Source: Planctomycetota bacterium
GTDB taxonomy: Bacteria > Planctomycetota > UBA1135
DNA: 64,000 bases
Reading direction: 5' to 3'
NCBI GenBank assembly: GCA_030748415.1
Contig: JASMMA010000003.1
Span: 81,988 to 145,987 of the forward strand
In this document: one piece after another, positions 1-9,101 of the stretch
How positions within the stretch are numbered: position 1 is the first letter of the stretch
Layout: each line of letters begins with the position of its first letter
The notes under the pieces: generated by a model
What the model was told of the DNA's origin: nothing
What the model saw: the letters and a program-made list of their open reading frames with translations, nothing else
The model's database searches: none
Program-made: the position numbers and the translations under genes

Positions 1-165
1 CTTCGTGCGACCGATGGGGATGTTGGTCAGTGGATTGTTTTCTCCACGAGCATCAACACTTCGCCCCGAATCGGAGCTTGTGTCGGTTGCAAAAGCCTCG
101 CCAGCAACAAGAAATATGGCGAGGAAGAGAATGGGCAAAGCCCTGATGAGTCGTTTTAGTTTCAT
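1..165 (-). CDS. Partial CDS (N-terminus only; continues past window start): hypothetical secreted protein
   Basis: The minus-strand ATG at 165..163 opens MKLKRLIRALPILFLAIFLVAGEAFATDTSSDSGRSVDARGENNPLTNIPIGRTK. This is signal-peptide-like and stays open to base 1. It lies 3 nt downstream of the 169..789 gene. It is absent from the ORF track because it is truncated. Confidence 0.4.
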   Translation of the reverse strand, partial: MKLKRLIRALPILFLAIFLVAGEAFATDTSSDSGRSVDARGENNPLTNIPIGRTK

Positions 166-168
166 TTG

Positions 169-789
169 TTATGCGTGTACCTCTCGTTGAGCGAGGGCTT
201 CTCTGAGTGTTGCTCTAGCGAGCGGGTCTTCGGGGGCTTCTTCAACAGAAAGTCGGGCGTAGTGAACCGATTCGTCAACATCACCGAGTGAATCTGCAAC
301 CGCAGCCATGTTTCTCAGCAATCGTGAGCGAGAGCGAGGACCGCCAACAAAGCCCCGTTGGCTAAATTCCCAAAGTACTGATTGTGCCGTCCTGGGTCGC
401 CCGCTTCGAAGAAACGCGGACGACAAAACGCAATGCGCATGTACATTTCCAGATAACAGACTCGCCGCAACAAGAGCTAGGCGAAGGTCATCATGATGCT
501 TGGGTGCGCACTCCTCTAATTCGATAGACCGGACGAGCACTCCCGAGCCTTCTAAAAAATATTGGTTGAGCTCTTTTAGTAAAGAGCCGTACTCTGCCCA
601 GGTGCTTTGTAGTTCCTCCCAGAGTGTGTGGGGAGATGGAGGAATCAGGGCAGGGGCAGGACAAAAGCGGTAGCCATCATTTAGGCGCATTCCCGCAAGA
701 ATCGAGGCTTGAAGAGTCAGGTGACCTAAGTGATTGGTTACCTCATTTGCATAGGCGCTAGCAGCGCGATATCGCAAGAGCTTTCTCAT
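169..789 (-). CDS. Hypothetical soluble protein translationally coupled to the upstream sigma-like gene
   Basis: ORF track gives 169..807. The internal ATG at 789..787 overlaps the sigma gene's TGA (788..786) as ATGA, which suggests translational coupling. No TM segment is visible. Confidence 0.5.
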   Translation of the reverse strand: MRKLLRYRAASAYANEVTNHLGHLTLQASILAGMRLNDGYRFCPAPALIPPSPHTLWEELQSTWAEYGSLLKELNQYFLEGSGVLVRSIELEECAPKHHDDLRLALVAASLLSGNVHAHCVLSSAFLRSGRPRTAQSVLWEFSQRGFVGGPRSRSRLLRNMAAVADSLGDVDESVHYARLSVEEAPEDPLARATLREALAQREVHA

Positions 790-1403
790 GACTGCATACA
801 CTCCCACTCCTTAGGAAAAAGAAGTGCTGGATATTTATTTTGCAGTGTGTCTTGAATCCTAGATAGGCTTTCCTCAACCCTTTGAACTGAGAGGCCGGTT
901 CTTTTCGATGCCTCCCAAGAATCACAATTCTCAACTACGGTTAAAAACAAAAGCGTGCGATCAGAAACAGGAAGCTCGTTAAATGCGTCTTGTATTTGTT
1001 TTGAATTCTCCTCCCAGAGAGAAAATCCGTTTTGGGTTTCTGCCATCCCTTCTAAAATTTTCCCTTCAATCCACATAGAGAAGGCTTCTGGTGTTTTTGG
1101 AAATTCTTTTAAGCGTGCTGCTTGTGCAAATAGCCTCGATGCAATTGTTTCGATAGGTACAAGTAAAAAGTGGCGCAGTAGTGCTGTGCGAATACCATTC
1201 TCAATCCACGGAATCACTTCTTCAAAAAATTGGGAGAGAAGTTGAAATCTTCTCGCCCCAGAAGCAGAAAGAAATGACTCGTGAATAATTCCAACTTTTT
1301 CCCAGCCCCTTCGTTCATGTTTTATACCGTTTGAAACAAGTCGAAGGAGAGGATCTGTTGATTGCATGTTCTGGTCGCCCTTCTGCCGACCCATCGAGGG
1401 CAC
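786..1403 (-). CDS. Divergent ECF-type sigma-70 family factor
   Basis: It is about 200 aa. The C-terminus has a region-4-like HTH (AFNELPVSDRTLLFLTVVENCDSWEASKRTGLSVQRVEESLSRI). Region 2 is only weakly recognisable. Confidence 0.5.
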   Translation of the reverse strand: MPSMGRQKGDQNMQSTDPLLRLVSNGIKHERRGWEKVGIIHESFLSASGARRFQLLSQFFEEVIPWIENGIRTALLRHFLLVPIETIASRLFAQAARLKEFPKTPEAFSMWIEGKILEGMAETQNGFSLWEENSKQIQDAFNELPVSDRTLLFLTVVENCDSWEASKRTGLSVQRVEESLSRIQDTLQNKYPALLFPKEWECMQS

Positions 1404-1968
1404 AAACGGACAGAAATAAACTCACAATTCCCAGCCTAGGATGTCGCTTTTGTCTTTTTCGCCAATGGAAAGGCCTTTGCGTCGCTCAAAAGAATTCTGA
1501 AACTTTTGCCAAACCGACGCGTATTCAAAGGTGAGACCCATGTCACTCCCTTTCCTTAGCCGAGAAAAGGTGGTGGTGGCAGGCCCGCTAAGGGATTTGC
1601 CTCTTTGCTGAATCGGTGAGGCCGACTTGCGCGACTTTTTTGGGGGGAGCGCGGTCGGCCGTTTTTTCCACACCCCCCTATCTGAATTGTGGAAAACTCA
1701 TACAGGCGAAAGGGATGTCCTTGTAACCCGTTTCATTCAAAGAGTTTCCGGTCCCGATTTCGGCTCCTAAAATCCGTTCCGCTTGTGGAAAACTCCCCCA
1801 AAACAGCTCACATCCACGGGAGCTTAGGTTTCTCCGTGAACGCCCTTTCCATTACTCCTTGTCTCATCTTTGTCATGGAGACCAACAAATCCAACTCTTG
1901 AGAATTGAGGGGGTCTTGTGTCTGGGTGGCTCCACTCTTCCGCATTTCGGGAAGATTAGAATGCCTGT

Positions 1969-2967
1969 ATGAAACAAACCTCGCCTCGAGAAGCCACTAT
2001 TACGATTCGTTTTCTGTCAATTCTTCTCTTTATTTTTGTTGCATGGTTATTTAATTTCATCATAGGCGACATTGGAAACACAGAAGGCCCACAACTTCAA
2101 ACCTATTATTCTGAGGCAGTTGATTCTTCTCTATCGCAACGCGAGCGGGAATTAGTTCACGAAGCTACCGGCCTTAATAATGCGATTGAGCGGCAGAAGG
2201 AAATCCAAGAAAACCTTCGTGCGGGCATGGAAGTCGCCAAAGAAACCATGGAGCAGATGGCTGCCCTTCATCGCCTCAGCATGGAACGAGGCTTCGAGCC
2301 TAGTGCAGACCAAAGCAAAGCTCTCGCTGAAGCCCAACAGCGCTACATTCAATCTCAAGCTGCCTTCGAAAGTGCTAATGAAACAATTGCATCTCTTAAC
2401 TCGAAGGTTCACACCACTGGGCAAGATTTAAAAATCGTTCGTGAACAAATTGAAAAACAGCAAAAGCCCGCGCGACAGGAGTGGCAAAACGCTTACGATG
2501 CGCACGAACTCAAGACAGCTTCGCTAAAGCTTCTATTCATTGTTCCCGTCTTCCTTCTGGCTGCTTTCTTTACATCAAAGCGGAAAGAATCAATCTACCG
2601 CCCCATCCTTATGGCGGTCTTTGTTGCCTCCTTTTTTCAGCTCGGCTTGGTAATGCACGAGCACTTTCCAAGCGAGTTCTTTAAGTACATTGCAATCGCA
2701 GCTGGAATCGCGATTGTGTTGGCTTTTTTGGTTCGCTCTCTTCGTTCTGCATCAAAGCCCCAACCCGCGGCCCTTCTCAACCGCCGGCGCGAGGCTTACC
2801 ACAGAGGCAACTGCCCTGAGTGCGCCTATCCATTCCCCGCAAAGCATGGGGCAACATTCACTTGTCCAAGCTGTGGAACCGGTCTTTTCTCCAAATGTCA
2901 ATCTTGCGGAGAATCTCGCCACGACCTTCTTCGGTACTGCACTAATTGTGGCTCGGATGGGTCTTGA
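1969..2967 (+). CDS. Membrane protein with a long coiled-coil segment and a C-terminal double zinc ribbon
   Basis: It has an N-terminal TM (ITIRFLSILLFIFVAWLFNFIIG), a Q/E/K/A-rich helical stretch and three further TMs. The C-terminus carries CPECAYPF..CPSCG..CQSCG..CTNCG. Confidence 0.6.
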   Translation: MKQTSPREATITIRFLSILLFIFVAWLFNFIIGDIGNTEGPQLQTYYSEAVDSSLSQRERELVHEATGLNNAIERQKEIQENLRAGMEVAKETMEQMAALHRLSMERGFEPSADQSKALAEAQQRYIQSQAAFESANETIASLNSKVHTTGQDLKIVREQIEKQQKPARQEWQNAYDAHELKTASLKLLFIVPVFLLAAFFTSKRKESIYRPILMAVFVASFFQLGLVMHEHFPSEFFKYIAIAAGIAIVLAFLVRSLRSASKPQPAALLNRRREAYHRGNCPECAYPFPAKHGATFTCPSCGTGLFSKCQSCGESRHDLLRYCTNCGSDGS

Positions 2968-3701
2968 CTGCCCAAGATCCTAAGTTAGTTCAAGGTATCG
3001 TGAACTCGCCCTTTTTTCCGCGCGCTCATGGTGCGTGGCTCATCCTCGCCACCGCCATCCTCCTTGGCGTCCTCTCTGGCGTCGAGCCGGGCAAAGGAAC
3101 ACTGGCCCTTTCTCTTGCAGCTATTGCCGCCTTTTGTTCGGGCGAGCGTTGGATGTCAGGTGCCCGCAAGCCTGCCCTGATTCACTTTTTCACATTTTCC
3201 CTGGCCAGCATTTGGGCACTCCAAGAAGTTGCCATTAGCCAGCTATTCTGGATTGGGATGTCGGCCGGCGGTTTTGCCCTTACACAATGGCTCCTTCGGA
3301 AACGCCGCGTAGCTTCTGAAATCAATGGAATGGTTGCCTTGAGCTTGGCGCTTCCTGCTGTAAGCCTCGCTTCCGGTTGCCCAATTGGCTGGCCACTCTT
3401 CACTCTGTCGGCGCTGTTCTCGCTTCATGTTTTGCATGCTGCTCTGCGTACTCGCGCCCACCTAGCCCCCAAGCGACGACCCATTGCTCGTACTGTCGGG
3501 CTCATCGGCGGGCTATTTGTTTTGGCCTTACTTCTTACTGGCAATTTGGGCGTTCCACTCGCCCTCGCCATGGTCATTGGGCTTGCTGAACCTTGGGCGC
3601 CAGATTGGACCCCCTTAAAAGTTAAAAGTATCGGTTGGCGCGAGACGGCTCTACTTGTCTTGATTCCGGCAAGCCTGATTGTCGAGAGTTTCCTCGGGTA
3701 G
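2946..3701 (+). CDS. YwiC-like polytopic membrane protein
   Basis: The N-terminal PRAHGAWLILATAILLG resembles the YwiC-family HGAW motif. The remainder is hydrophobic helices. The start is uncertain: TTG 2946 overlaps the upstream gene, and GTG 3000 is also in frame. Confidence 0.5.
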   Translation: MWLGWVLTAQDPKLVQGIVNSPFFPRAHGAWLILATAILLGVLSGVEPGKGTLALSLAAIAAFCSGERWMSGARKPALIHFFTFSLASIWALQEVAISQLFWIGMSAGGFALTQWLLRKRRVASEINGMVALSLALPAVSLASGCPIGWPLFTLSALFSLHVLHAALRTRAHLAPKRRPIARTVGLIGGLFVLALLLTGNLGVPLALAMVIGLAEPWAPDWTPLKVKSIGWRETALLVLIPASLIVESFLG

Positions 3702-3730
3702 TGTCCTAATAAGGGGGTCATACTGACTCC

Positions 3731-5152
3731 TTGAATTCCACCACCATTCCCCCCGCGAATTACGCCGGTTCGATTCGCGAAATCATGCACATTTCATGGC
3801 CCATTTGGGTTTCCATGATTTCATTGACATTGAAAGGTGTGGTGGACACCATCATGATTGGGCACTTGGGAACCGATGCCCTTGCTGGGGTGGGCTTTGC
3901 TGGCGTTCTTGTTTTTAATGTCCTTTGTTTTGGGATGGGCGTGCTTCGGGGGCAAAAGTCCCTTGTCAGCCAATATCTTGGGGCGGGTGAGCGAAAAACT
4001 GCCTTTTATTTTGGGGTTCAGGCTTTTTGGATTGGGCTCCTTTTCTCGGTTTTGTGCGTGTTTGCGGGACTTTGGCAGGAAACTTGGTTTCTCTCCATTG
4101 CAAACAAAGCCAACCTGAGTGAGTCTTCATTGGATATGGGCCGACGCTACTTTGACACTCGGCTCGTTTGGGCGGGAGCGTTCTTGCTTCAAATTGCTGT
4201 CTCGGAATATCTGCGGGGAACAGGCCGCACACGCCTTCCGATGGCGGCGGATTTAATTTCCCAGCCCTTGAATGTACTTTTTAATTATGCCCTTATCTTT
4301 GGGAAATTCGGGGCACCAGAATTGGGCGTTGAGGGTGCCGCAATCGGGACAGGTCTAGCTGACTTAGCTTCTTTGATTCTCCTTCTAGGGTTTGGCCGTG
4401 CGAAAGTCTCCCTGGAGGACCTAAAGCTCCAACCCAAAAGGTGGTGGCGAGCTCTTCGAGTTGGAACCGCCGGTGGAATTCAATTCACCATTGAAGTTGG
4501 CGCATACACCCTCCTGACCTTTTTTATTGGTTTTATCAGCACTCAAGATTTGGCCGCCCACAACGCAGCCATCAGCATTCTTCACTTTTCCTTTATGTCC
4601 GCTGTCGCCCTCGGGGATGGTGGCTCCGTTCTTATTGGTAGATATGTCGGTTCTCTGGATTGGGAACTCGCCAGGAAAACACTTCGGAACATGTTGGGGC
4701 TCATGATTGTGGTTATGGTGGTGATGGGAGCACTCTTTGTCACTTTCGGGCGTGAAATCATGCTCCTTTACATTGCCGATCCAGACCCCGAGGTAATGGA
4801 AAGGACCATTCGCCTTGGAATCCGCCTCCTGTGGGTTGCGGCGGTATTCCAGATTGGGGACGCAATTCAGATAGCATTCCGCTTTTCCCTCCGTGCCGCC
4901 GGAGACCACACTTGGGTGATGTGGGCAGGAATCCTCTGTTCTTGGCTACTAACGGTTCCTCTTGCTGCAACCGCCGTTTTCCTCATGAAGGGCGACGCCG
5001 CCACAGTTTGGTGGATGTGGAATTTTGAAATCTACCTAGGGGGGTTCTTTTTCTATCGAAGGTGGCGGAGTGGCGCCTGGCAAGCCAAACGATTGGTCCA
5101 GGATAGGGGCATTGTTGCTCGGCCAGAATCTCCACTTGAAGGAAGTTTGTAG
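3731..5152 (+). CDS. MATE family efflux transporter
   Basis: It is 473 aa with about 12 TMs. The N-terminal IMHISWPIWVSMISLTLKGVVDTIMIGHLG is typical of NorM/MatE proteins, and the two halves are duplicated. Confidence 0.8.
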   Translation: MNSTTIPPANYAGSIREIMHISWPIWVSMISLTLKGVVDTIMIGHLGTDALAGVGFAGVLVFNVLCFGMGVLRGQKSLVSQYLGAGERKTAFYFGVQAFWIGLLFSVLCVFAGLWQETWFLSIANKANLSESSLDMGRRYFDTRLVWAGAFLLQIAVSEYLRGTGRTRLPMAADLISQPLNVLFNYALIFGKFGAPELGVEGAAIGTGLADLASLILLLGFGRAKVSLEDLKLQPKRWWRALRVGTAGGIQFTIEVGAYTLLTFFIGFISTQDLAAHNAAISILHFSFMSAVALGDGGSVLIGRYVGSLDWELARKTLRNMLGLMIVVMVVMGALFVTFGREIMLLYIADPDPEVMERTIRLGIRLLWVAAVFQIGDAIQIAFRFSLRAAGDHTWVMWAGILCSWLLTVPLAATAVFLMKGDAATVWWMWNFEIYLGGFFFYRRWRSGAWQAKRLVQDRGIVARPESPLEGSL

Positions 5153-5172
5153 TATTTACTACACTTTTCCTA

Positions 5173-5943
5173 ATGCCCGAGGCTCAGAAGACCCTAGACC
5201 GGCTCCAAACCCTTGGCTTGACCAATCATCAAGCTAGGACCTATGTCGCATTATTAGGGTTGGGCGAAAGCGGGGCGACTGAAGTGGCGAGGGTTGCCCT
5301 CCTCCCCCGCCCGAATACTTACGATGCCCTCAATGCCCTCACCGCCCGGGGAGCCTGCACCCTTCTCCCTGGAAGACCCCGGAAATACCGCCCCTCCCCT
5401 CCAAAGGAGTGGCTTATTCCCTTGGGCAAGAACCTGCTGGAAGAGGCAGAGGGGGCTGCGGAGGCCCTTTCACAAGTAGAAACGCTTGTCTCTACCTCAA
5501 CTCAAATGCATGGATGGCAGCCGATTGCAGCCCAGCTCAAACAAGGACTCCAAATTGCCCAGGAGCACCTTTTGATAGATGCCCCCCACTCTTCTCTAAG
5601 TAGGTGGGAGGGCCCGATTCGGGCCACATCTCGCCGTGGGGTAGAGGTTGCCATCCTCTGCAGAGGCGGAATCCTTCCCTTTCAGCCACTCTCGGGATGG
5701 GTCGTCCTTGAAACGGAGGAGCTTGGTTCCTCCGAATCTTGCTGGGTTGTGGATCAGGAATGGGCTCTCCGGTACTCCGGAACTGGGAAAGCTGCTCGTG
5801 GCCGCTGCCTTCTGGATTCAGCTTTTTCTGCCGAGCTTGGCCGGGGAATTTTGGGTCAAATTTCCATGCTTGGAGATTGGGAGTCATCATCCCCCCACTA
5901 CCGTGCACTTCGCCGCCTTTATTCCGAGGCAACCCGCTCTTGA
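5173..5943 (+). CDS. TrmB-family winged-helix transcriptional regulator
   Basis: The N-terminus (LQTLGLTNHQARTYVALLGLGESGATEVARVALLPRPNTYDALNALTARG) matches the TrmB-type HTH pattern. Confidence 0.65.
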   Translation: MPEAQKTLDRLQTLGLTNHQARTYVALLGLGESGATEVARVALLPRPNTYDALNALTARGACTLLPGRPRKYRPSPPKEWLIPLGKNLLEEAEGAAEALSQVETLVSTSTQMHGWQPIAAQLKQGLQIAQEHLLIDAPHSSLSRWEGPIRATSRRGVEVAILCRGGILPFQPLSGWVVLETEELGSSESCWVVDQEWALRYSGTGKAARGRCLLDSAFSAELGRGILGQISMLGDWESSSPHYRALRRLYSEATRS

Positions 5944-5967
5944 ATCAGGTGCTAACCTAAATACTGA

Positions 5968-8445
5968 ATGAACATGGACAATGACGTTACCCGAGCTCCA
6001 AAACAGGAGCAGCTGAAAAACCTCCTGGGTGAGGTGCGGCGCAAGCGAGAAGCATCTGAGCAAGAGCTGTCCCCCGATGTCATTCTTGAGGAGGGCAAAC
6101 CTTTTGGTGATTATCACCTCCTTAGAGTGCTCGGTCGCGGTGGGATGGGTGTCGTTTGGGAAGCGGAGCAAGTCTCTCTAAATCGTCGTGTTGCTCTCAA
6201 GGTTCTCCCTCCCCAATCGGGTTTATCTTCACGCGGCAAAGAACGCTTCATGCGAGAAGCTGAAGCCGGCGCCCGACTGAACCATCGCGCCATTGTTTCT
6301 GTTTATGAAGTAGGGGACCACAACGGTGTTCTTTATATCGCGCAGGAGTTGGTTGATGGGGGACTTACTGTCTCGGACCACCTTTCTGAAATGCGCAGTC
6401 GCGGTGACCTTCCCGATGGTTATTACCGTGGCGTTGCTGAACTTTTCCTTGAGCTTGCCGAAGCCTTGGAAGTAGCACATGAAGCTGGGGTTGTTCATCG
6501 CGACATCAAGCCTGCAAACATTTTGATTACGATGGGGGACCAGCCAAAGATTGCAGATTTTGGTCTTGCCACTGTTGAAGGGACGGTTGACCTTTCGCGA
6601 ACAGGTGAACTTGTTGGCTCGCCCTTCTATATGTCCCCTGAGCAAGCGATGTCCAACCGCATGGGCATTGACCACCGAACGGACATTTTCTCTTTAGGGG
6701 CCACTTTCTATGAAGCGCTTACTTTAGAACTCCCATTTAAGGGTGACACTTATCAAGAAGTTCTTTCAAGCGTGGCAACAGAGGACCCTGTTGAACCAAG
6801 AAAATTGCGGAAAGGAATTCCAATTGACCTTGCTGTAATTTGCATGAAGGCCCTAGAAAAAAATCCGGACAAGCGGTATCACAAAGTGGGGCCGCTTGCA
6901 GATGACCTGCGCCGCCATCTAGAGAATCGCCCGATTCTTGCAAAAGCTCCTAGCACATTTGTTCGGCTTAGGAAATGGACCGTGCGGCACCCCGTTCAAA
7001 CTATTGCGGCGATGGCGCTCGTTCTAGTTTCAGGTTCTTTAGTGCAAACTGTCCTATCCAAGCAAGCCGAGAGGAAAGCTGTTGTTCAACAATTAGCAGA
7101 GGCCGCCCGCAACAAGCAAGCCCTCGAGTTCATGACTGGTTTATTTGACCAAGACAACCTTGAAGCGGCCCTTCCTGGAGAAGGGGGGCGAGATTTGATT
7201 GTGCGGCTCTTGGACTTTGGCTGGAATAGCGTTCAAGATGATTCTTTGCAGGACCCTGAATTTGCGGCAAACATTTTACAAACCATTGGGGGGGCCTATC
7301 ACAACGCTGGATTCCCTCTCAAGGCTGATGAAGTTTTGCGAGAAGCTCTAGTCGAAATCGAAGGGCTAACGGGGCAGAGTGCATCCCTACGCCTTCAGGC
7401 TCAAAACGCTCTCGCGGGAGTTCTTATTGACCGTGGCTTTTTCACTGAAGCCGAGAAACTCCTTCTTGATATCCCAGAAGAGGAACGGTCCCTAACTTCA
7501 AACACCTTACTTGCCTCTTCTTGGGCTTGGCTGGAGCGATATGAGGAAGCGGACAAGCTCCTATTAGAAGTTGTGCGCTCCTTTGAGGCTAACGAAAAAA
7601 GTTCGGAAGTGTTGCGCGCCCAAAATGTTCGTGGAGAAATCTTTTTGCGGTCGGGCGATTTAGATAGTGCGGTTTCAATTTTCGAAGAAACTCTTACGGC
7701 TCGCAGAAAAGTCGATGGCGTCCGAGCAAAAACAACCCTGACCTCTCTCATGAACCTAGCCTCATGTCGTTTTCTTCAAGGGAAATTAGACGATTCAGCA
7801 AGCCTCTTTCAGGAATGCTTCGATGGCAGAAAAGATGTTTATGGAAACCAGCATCGAAGCACTTTGAAGGCCTTGGCCGGTCTTGCAAACATTTCTTACA
7901 CGAGAAAAGAATACCTAGCCGCTTCACAGCAATTCCAGGAAGCCCTTGATGGGTATCGTTTTTCGCTAGGTAAGAGCGAAATGGCGCGAGACCCCGATGT
8001 CCTCACCATTGTCACCAACTTAGGGAAAAGCTTATGGAAGGCCTCAGGAGCGTCTGGCGAAGGCCCTTCTTTAAAAAGTGAGGCCGAAGGTCATTTGAAA
8101 TGGGCGCACTCCAATGGGATTAAACATTTGGGAGAGGATTCTCTTCAAGCGGCGCGATTCTCCCATAGCTATGCTCAGTTCCTAATCGAAGAGAAACGGT
8201 TTCTGGACGCAAAACCAATCTTGCAACAGGTCCTTGTTGTTTCAGAAGCCGAACTTGGTCTCGAAAATTCCTTGTCCCAAAAGGCTGGGGCAAGACTGGT
8301 TCTGGCGATGGCTGCTTCTGGTGAAACCAAACCAGCCCTCGGCCTTGCTGAAAAACTACTCGCCCACGCCACTCCCGGAAGCCAAGAGTTCAAAGATTTG
8401 TCTGCCTTAACCTCGGCCTTGCGGCCCAAGCCAAATGGGGAGTAG
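5968..8445 (+). CDS. Ser/Thr protein kinase with a TM segment and C-terminal TPR array
   Basis: Hanks kinase motifs are present: GRGGMGVVW, VALKVL, HRDIKPANIL, DFGLA, SPEQ. A TM (TIAAMALVLVSGSLV) follows, then about 450 aa of TPR-like helical repeats. Confidence 0.9.
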   Translation: MNMDNDVTRAPKQEQLKNLLGEVRRKREASEQELSPDVILEEGKPFGDYHLLRVLGRGGMGVVWEAEQVSLNRRVALKVLPPQSGLSSRGKERFMREAEAGARLNHRAIVSVYEVGDHNGVLYIAQELVDGGLTVSDHLSEMRSRGDLPDGYYRGVAELFLELAEALEVAHEAGVVHRDIKPANILITMGDQPKIADFGLATVEGTVDLSRTGELVGSPFYMSPEQAMSNRMGIDHRTDIFSLGATFYEALTLELPFKGDTYQEVLSSVATEDPVEPRKLRKGIPIDLAVICMKALEKNPDKRYHKVGPLADDLRRHLENRPILAKAPSTFVRLRKWTVRHPVQTIAAMALVLVSGSLVQTVLSKQAERKAVVQQLAEAARNKQALEFMTGLFDQDNLEAALPGEGGRDLIVRLLDFGWNSVQDDSLQDPEFAANILQTIGGAYHNAGFPLKADEVLREALVEIEGLTGQSASLRLQAQNALAGVLIDRGFFTEAEKLLLDIPEEERSLTSNTLLASSWAWLERYEEADKLLLEVVRSFEANEKSSEVLRAQNVRGEIFLRSGDLDSAVSIFEETLTARRKVDGVRAKTTLTSLMNLASCRFLQGKLDDSASLFQECFDGRKDVYGNQHRSTLKALAGLANISYTRKEYLAASQQFQEALDGYRFSLGKSEMARDPDVLTIVTNLGKSLWKASGASGEGPSLKSEAEGHLKWAHSNGIKHLGEDSLQAARFSHSYAQFLIEEKRFLDAKPILQQVLVVSEAELGLENSLSQKAGARLVLAMAASGETKPALGLAEKLLAHATPGSQEFKDLSALTSALRPKPNGE

Positions 8446-8454
8446 AATCCAGTT

Positions 8455-8835
8455 ATGCGTTGGTTCTTCCTAGCGGTTGCTCTGTTCTCCATCTTGTCGT
8501 GCGGGGTGGTGGCACCTCTTTCTTCAACTTCTGACCCAAACACATTTCGGGTTTCGGAAAATCCTCAAAGGGGGCGACTCGCCTGCTTAGAACTGAAGGG
8601 TGCCTTTGGGGAGTCACTGGGTTGTGTCGGTCACACCGTTTTAGTCGGAGAAACTCCTCAAGAAGTCGCCAACAGTCTTTGCGGTAGTCTCTGGGAGGGC
8701 TTCGGAATCAAAACCCAAATCAAGGACGATCCTCGAGGAGGAGTGTTGATTGTTTTAGAAGACGGGGTGCGTGCGCGAGCAAGACAAACCCACCCGGACT
8801 GGAGTGGGAAGCATGTCCCCATCTTGATTAGGTAG
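8455..8835 (+). CDS. Small lipoprotein of unknown function
   Basis: It has a signal peptide with a lipobox-like ILSC. It begins 10 nt downstream of the kinase gene. Confidence 0.55.
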   Translation: MRWFFLAVALFSILSCGVVAPLSSTSDPNTFRVSENPQRGRLACLELKGAFGESLGCVGHTVLVGETPQEVANSLCGSLWEGFGIKTQIKDDPRGGVLIVLEDGVRARARQTHPDWSGKHVPILIR

Positions 8836-8846
8836 CCGGATTTCGG

Positions 8847-9080
8847 CTAACCGCCCTTTCCGCCTTTTATCAGAGAAAGAACTTCTCCAGGATTAGGAAA
8901 ACGACCGGTTTGAGCTTTGTCGAAGACAAGCTCGCCATCCACGCGCACCTCGAATATGCCCCCGCCGCCTGGAATGAGTTCGGCATCAACATCCAATCCT
9001 TCCTTCAGCTCAGCAGCCAGACCGGCCGCACGAGGCTCAAAGTTTCAGACCAAACAAAATTCAATGCTGATTTTTTTCAT
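8847..9080 (-). CDS. SelW/Rdx-family selenoprotein (CxxU) with in-frame UGA at 9047..9045
   Basis: The frame from ATG 9080 to TAG 8847 is open apart from one TGA. It translates to MKKISIEFCLV-U-NFEPRAAGLAAELKEGLDVDAELIPGGGGIFEVRVDGELVFDKAQTGRFPNPGEVLSLIKGGKGG. This shows the CxxU and IPG..G.FEV.VDG....GRFP hallmarks. An AGGTGA Shine-Dalgarno sits 5 nt upstream. Confidence 0.8.
9009..9034 (-). promoter_or_regulatory. Putative bacterial SECIS hairpin for the SelW-like gene
   Basis: The mRNA can fold GCGGCC-GGUCU-GGCUGC (9029..9013), starting 15 nt after the UGA. The stem extends by 4 bp past a bulged U. The GGUC apical loop plus bulged U resembles the E. coli fdhF SECIS. Confidence 0.5.
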
Positions 9081-9101
9081 GATTCTCACCTGCACCACAA
9101 T

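Noticed and set aside
5-190. Plus-strand 61-aa ORF at the window start
   Set aside because: The opposite strand carries a signal-peptide ORF that continues the minus-strand operon and stays open to base 1, which is more plausible.
1422-1673. 83-aa minus-strand ORF in the long intergenic region
   Set aside because: The N-terminal half is a low-complexity basic stretch from a GTG with no ribosome-binding site. Only the last 39 codons have a Shine-Dalgarno, and that small ORF is mentioned as a low-interest finding rather than called as a gene.
6229-6675. Antisense ORFs of 100 to 190 aa inside large genes (also for example 4421..4909, 15085..15582, 43271..43843 and 55707..56222)
   Set aside because: They lie entirely within strongly supported genes on the opposite strand, have low-complexity or Arg/Pro-rich compositions, and show no motifs.
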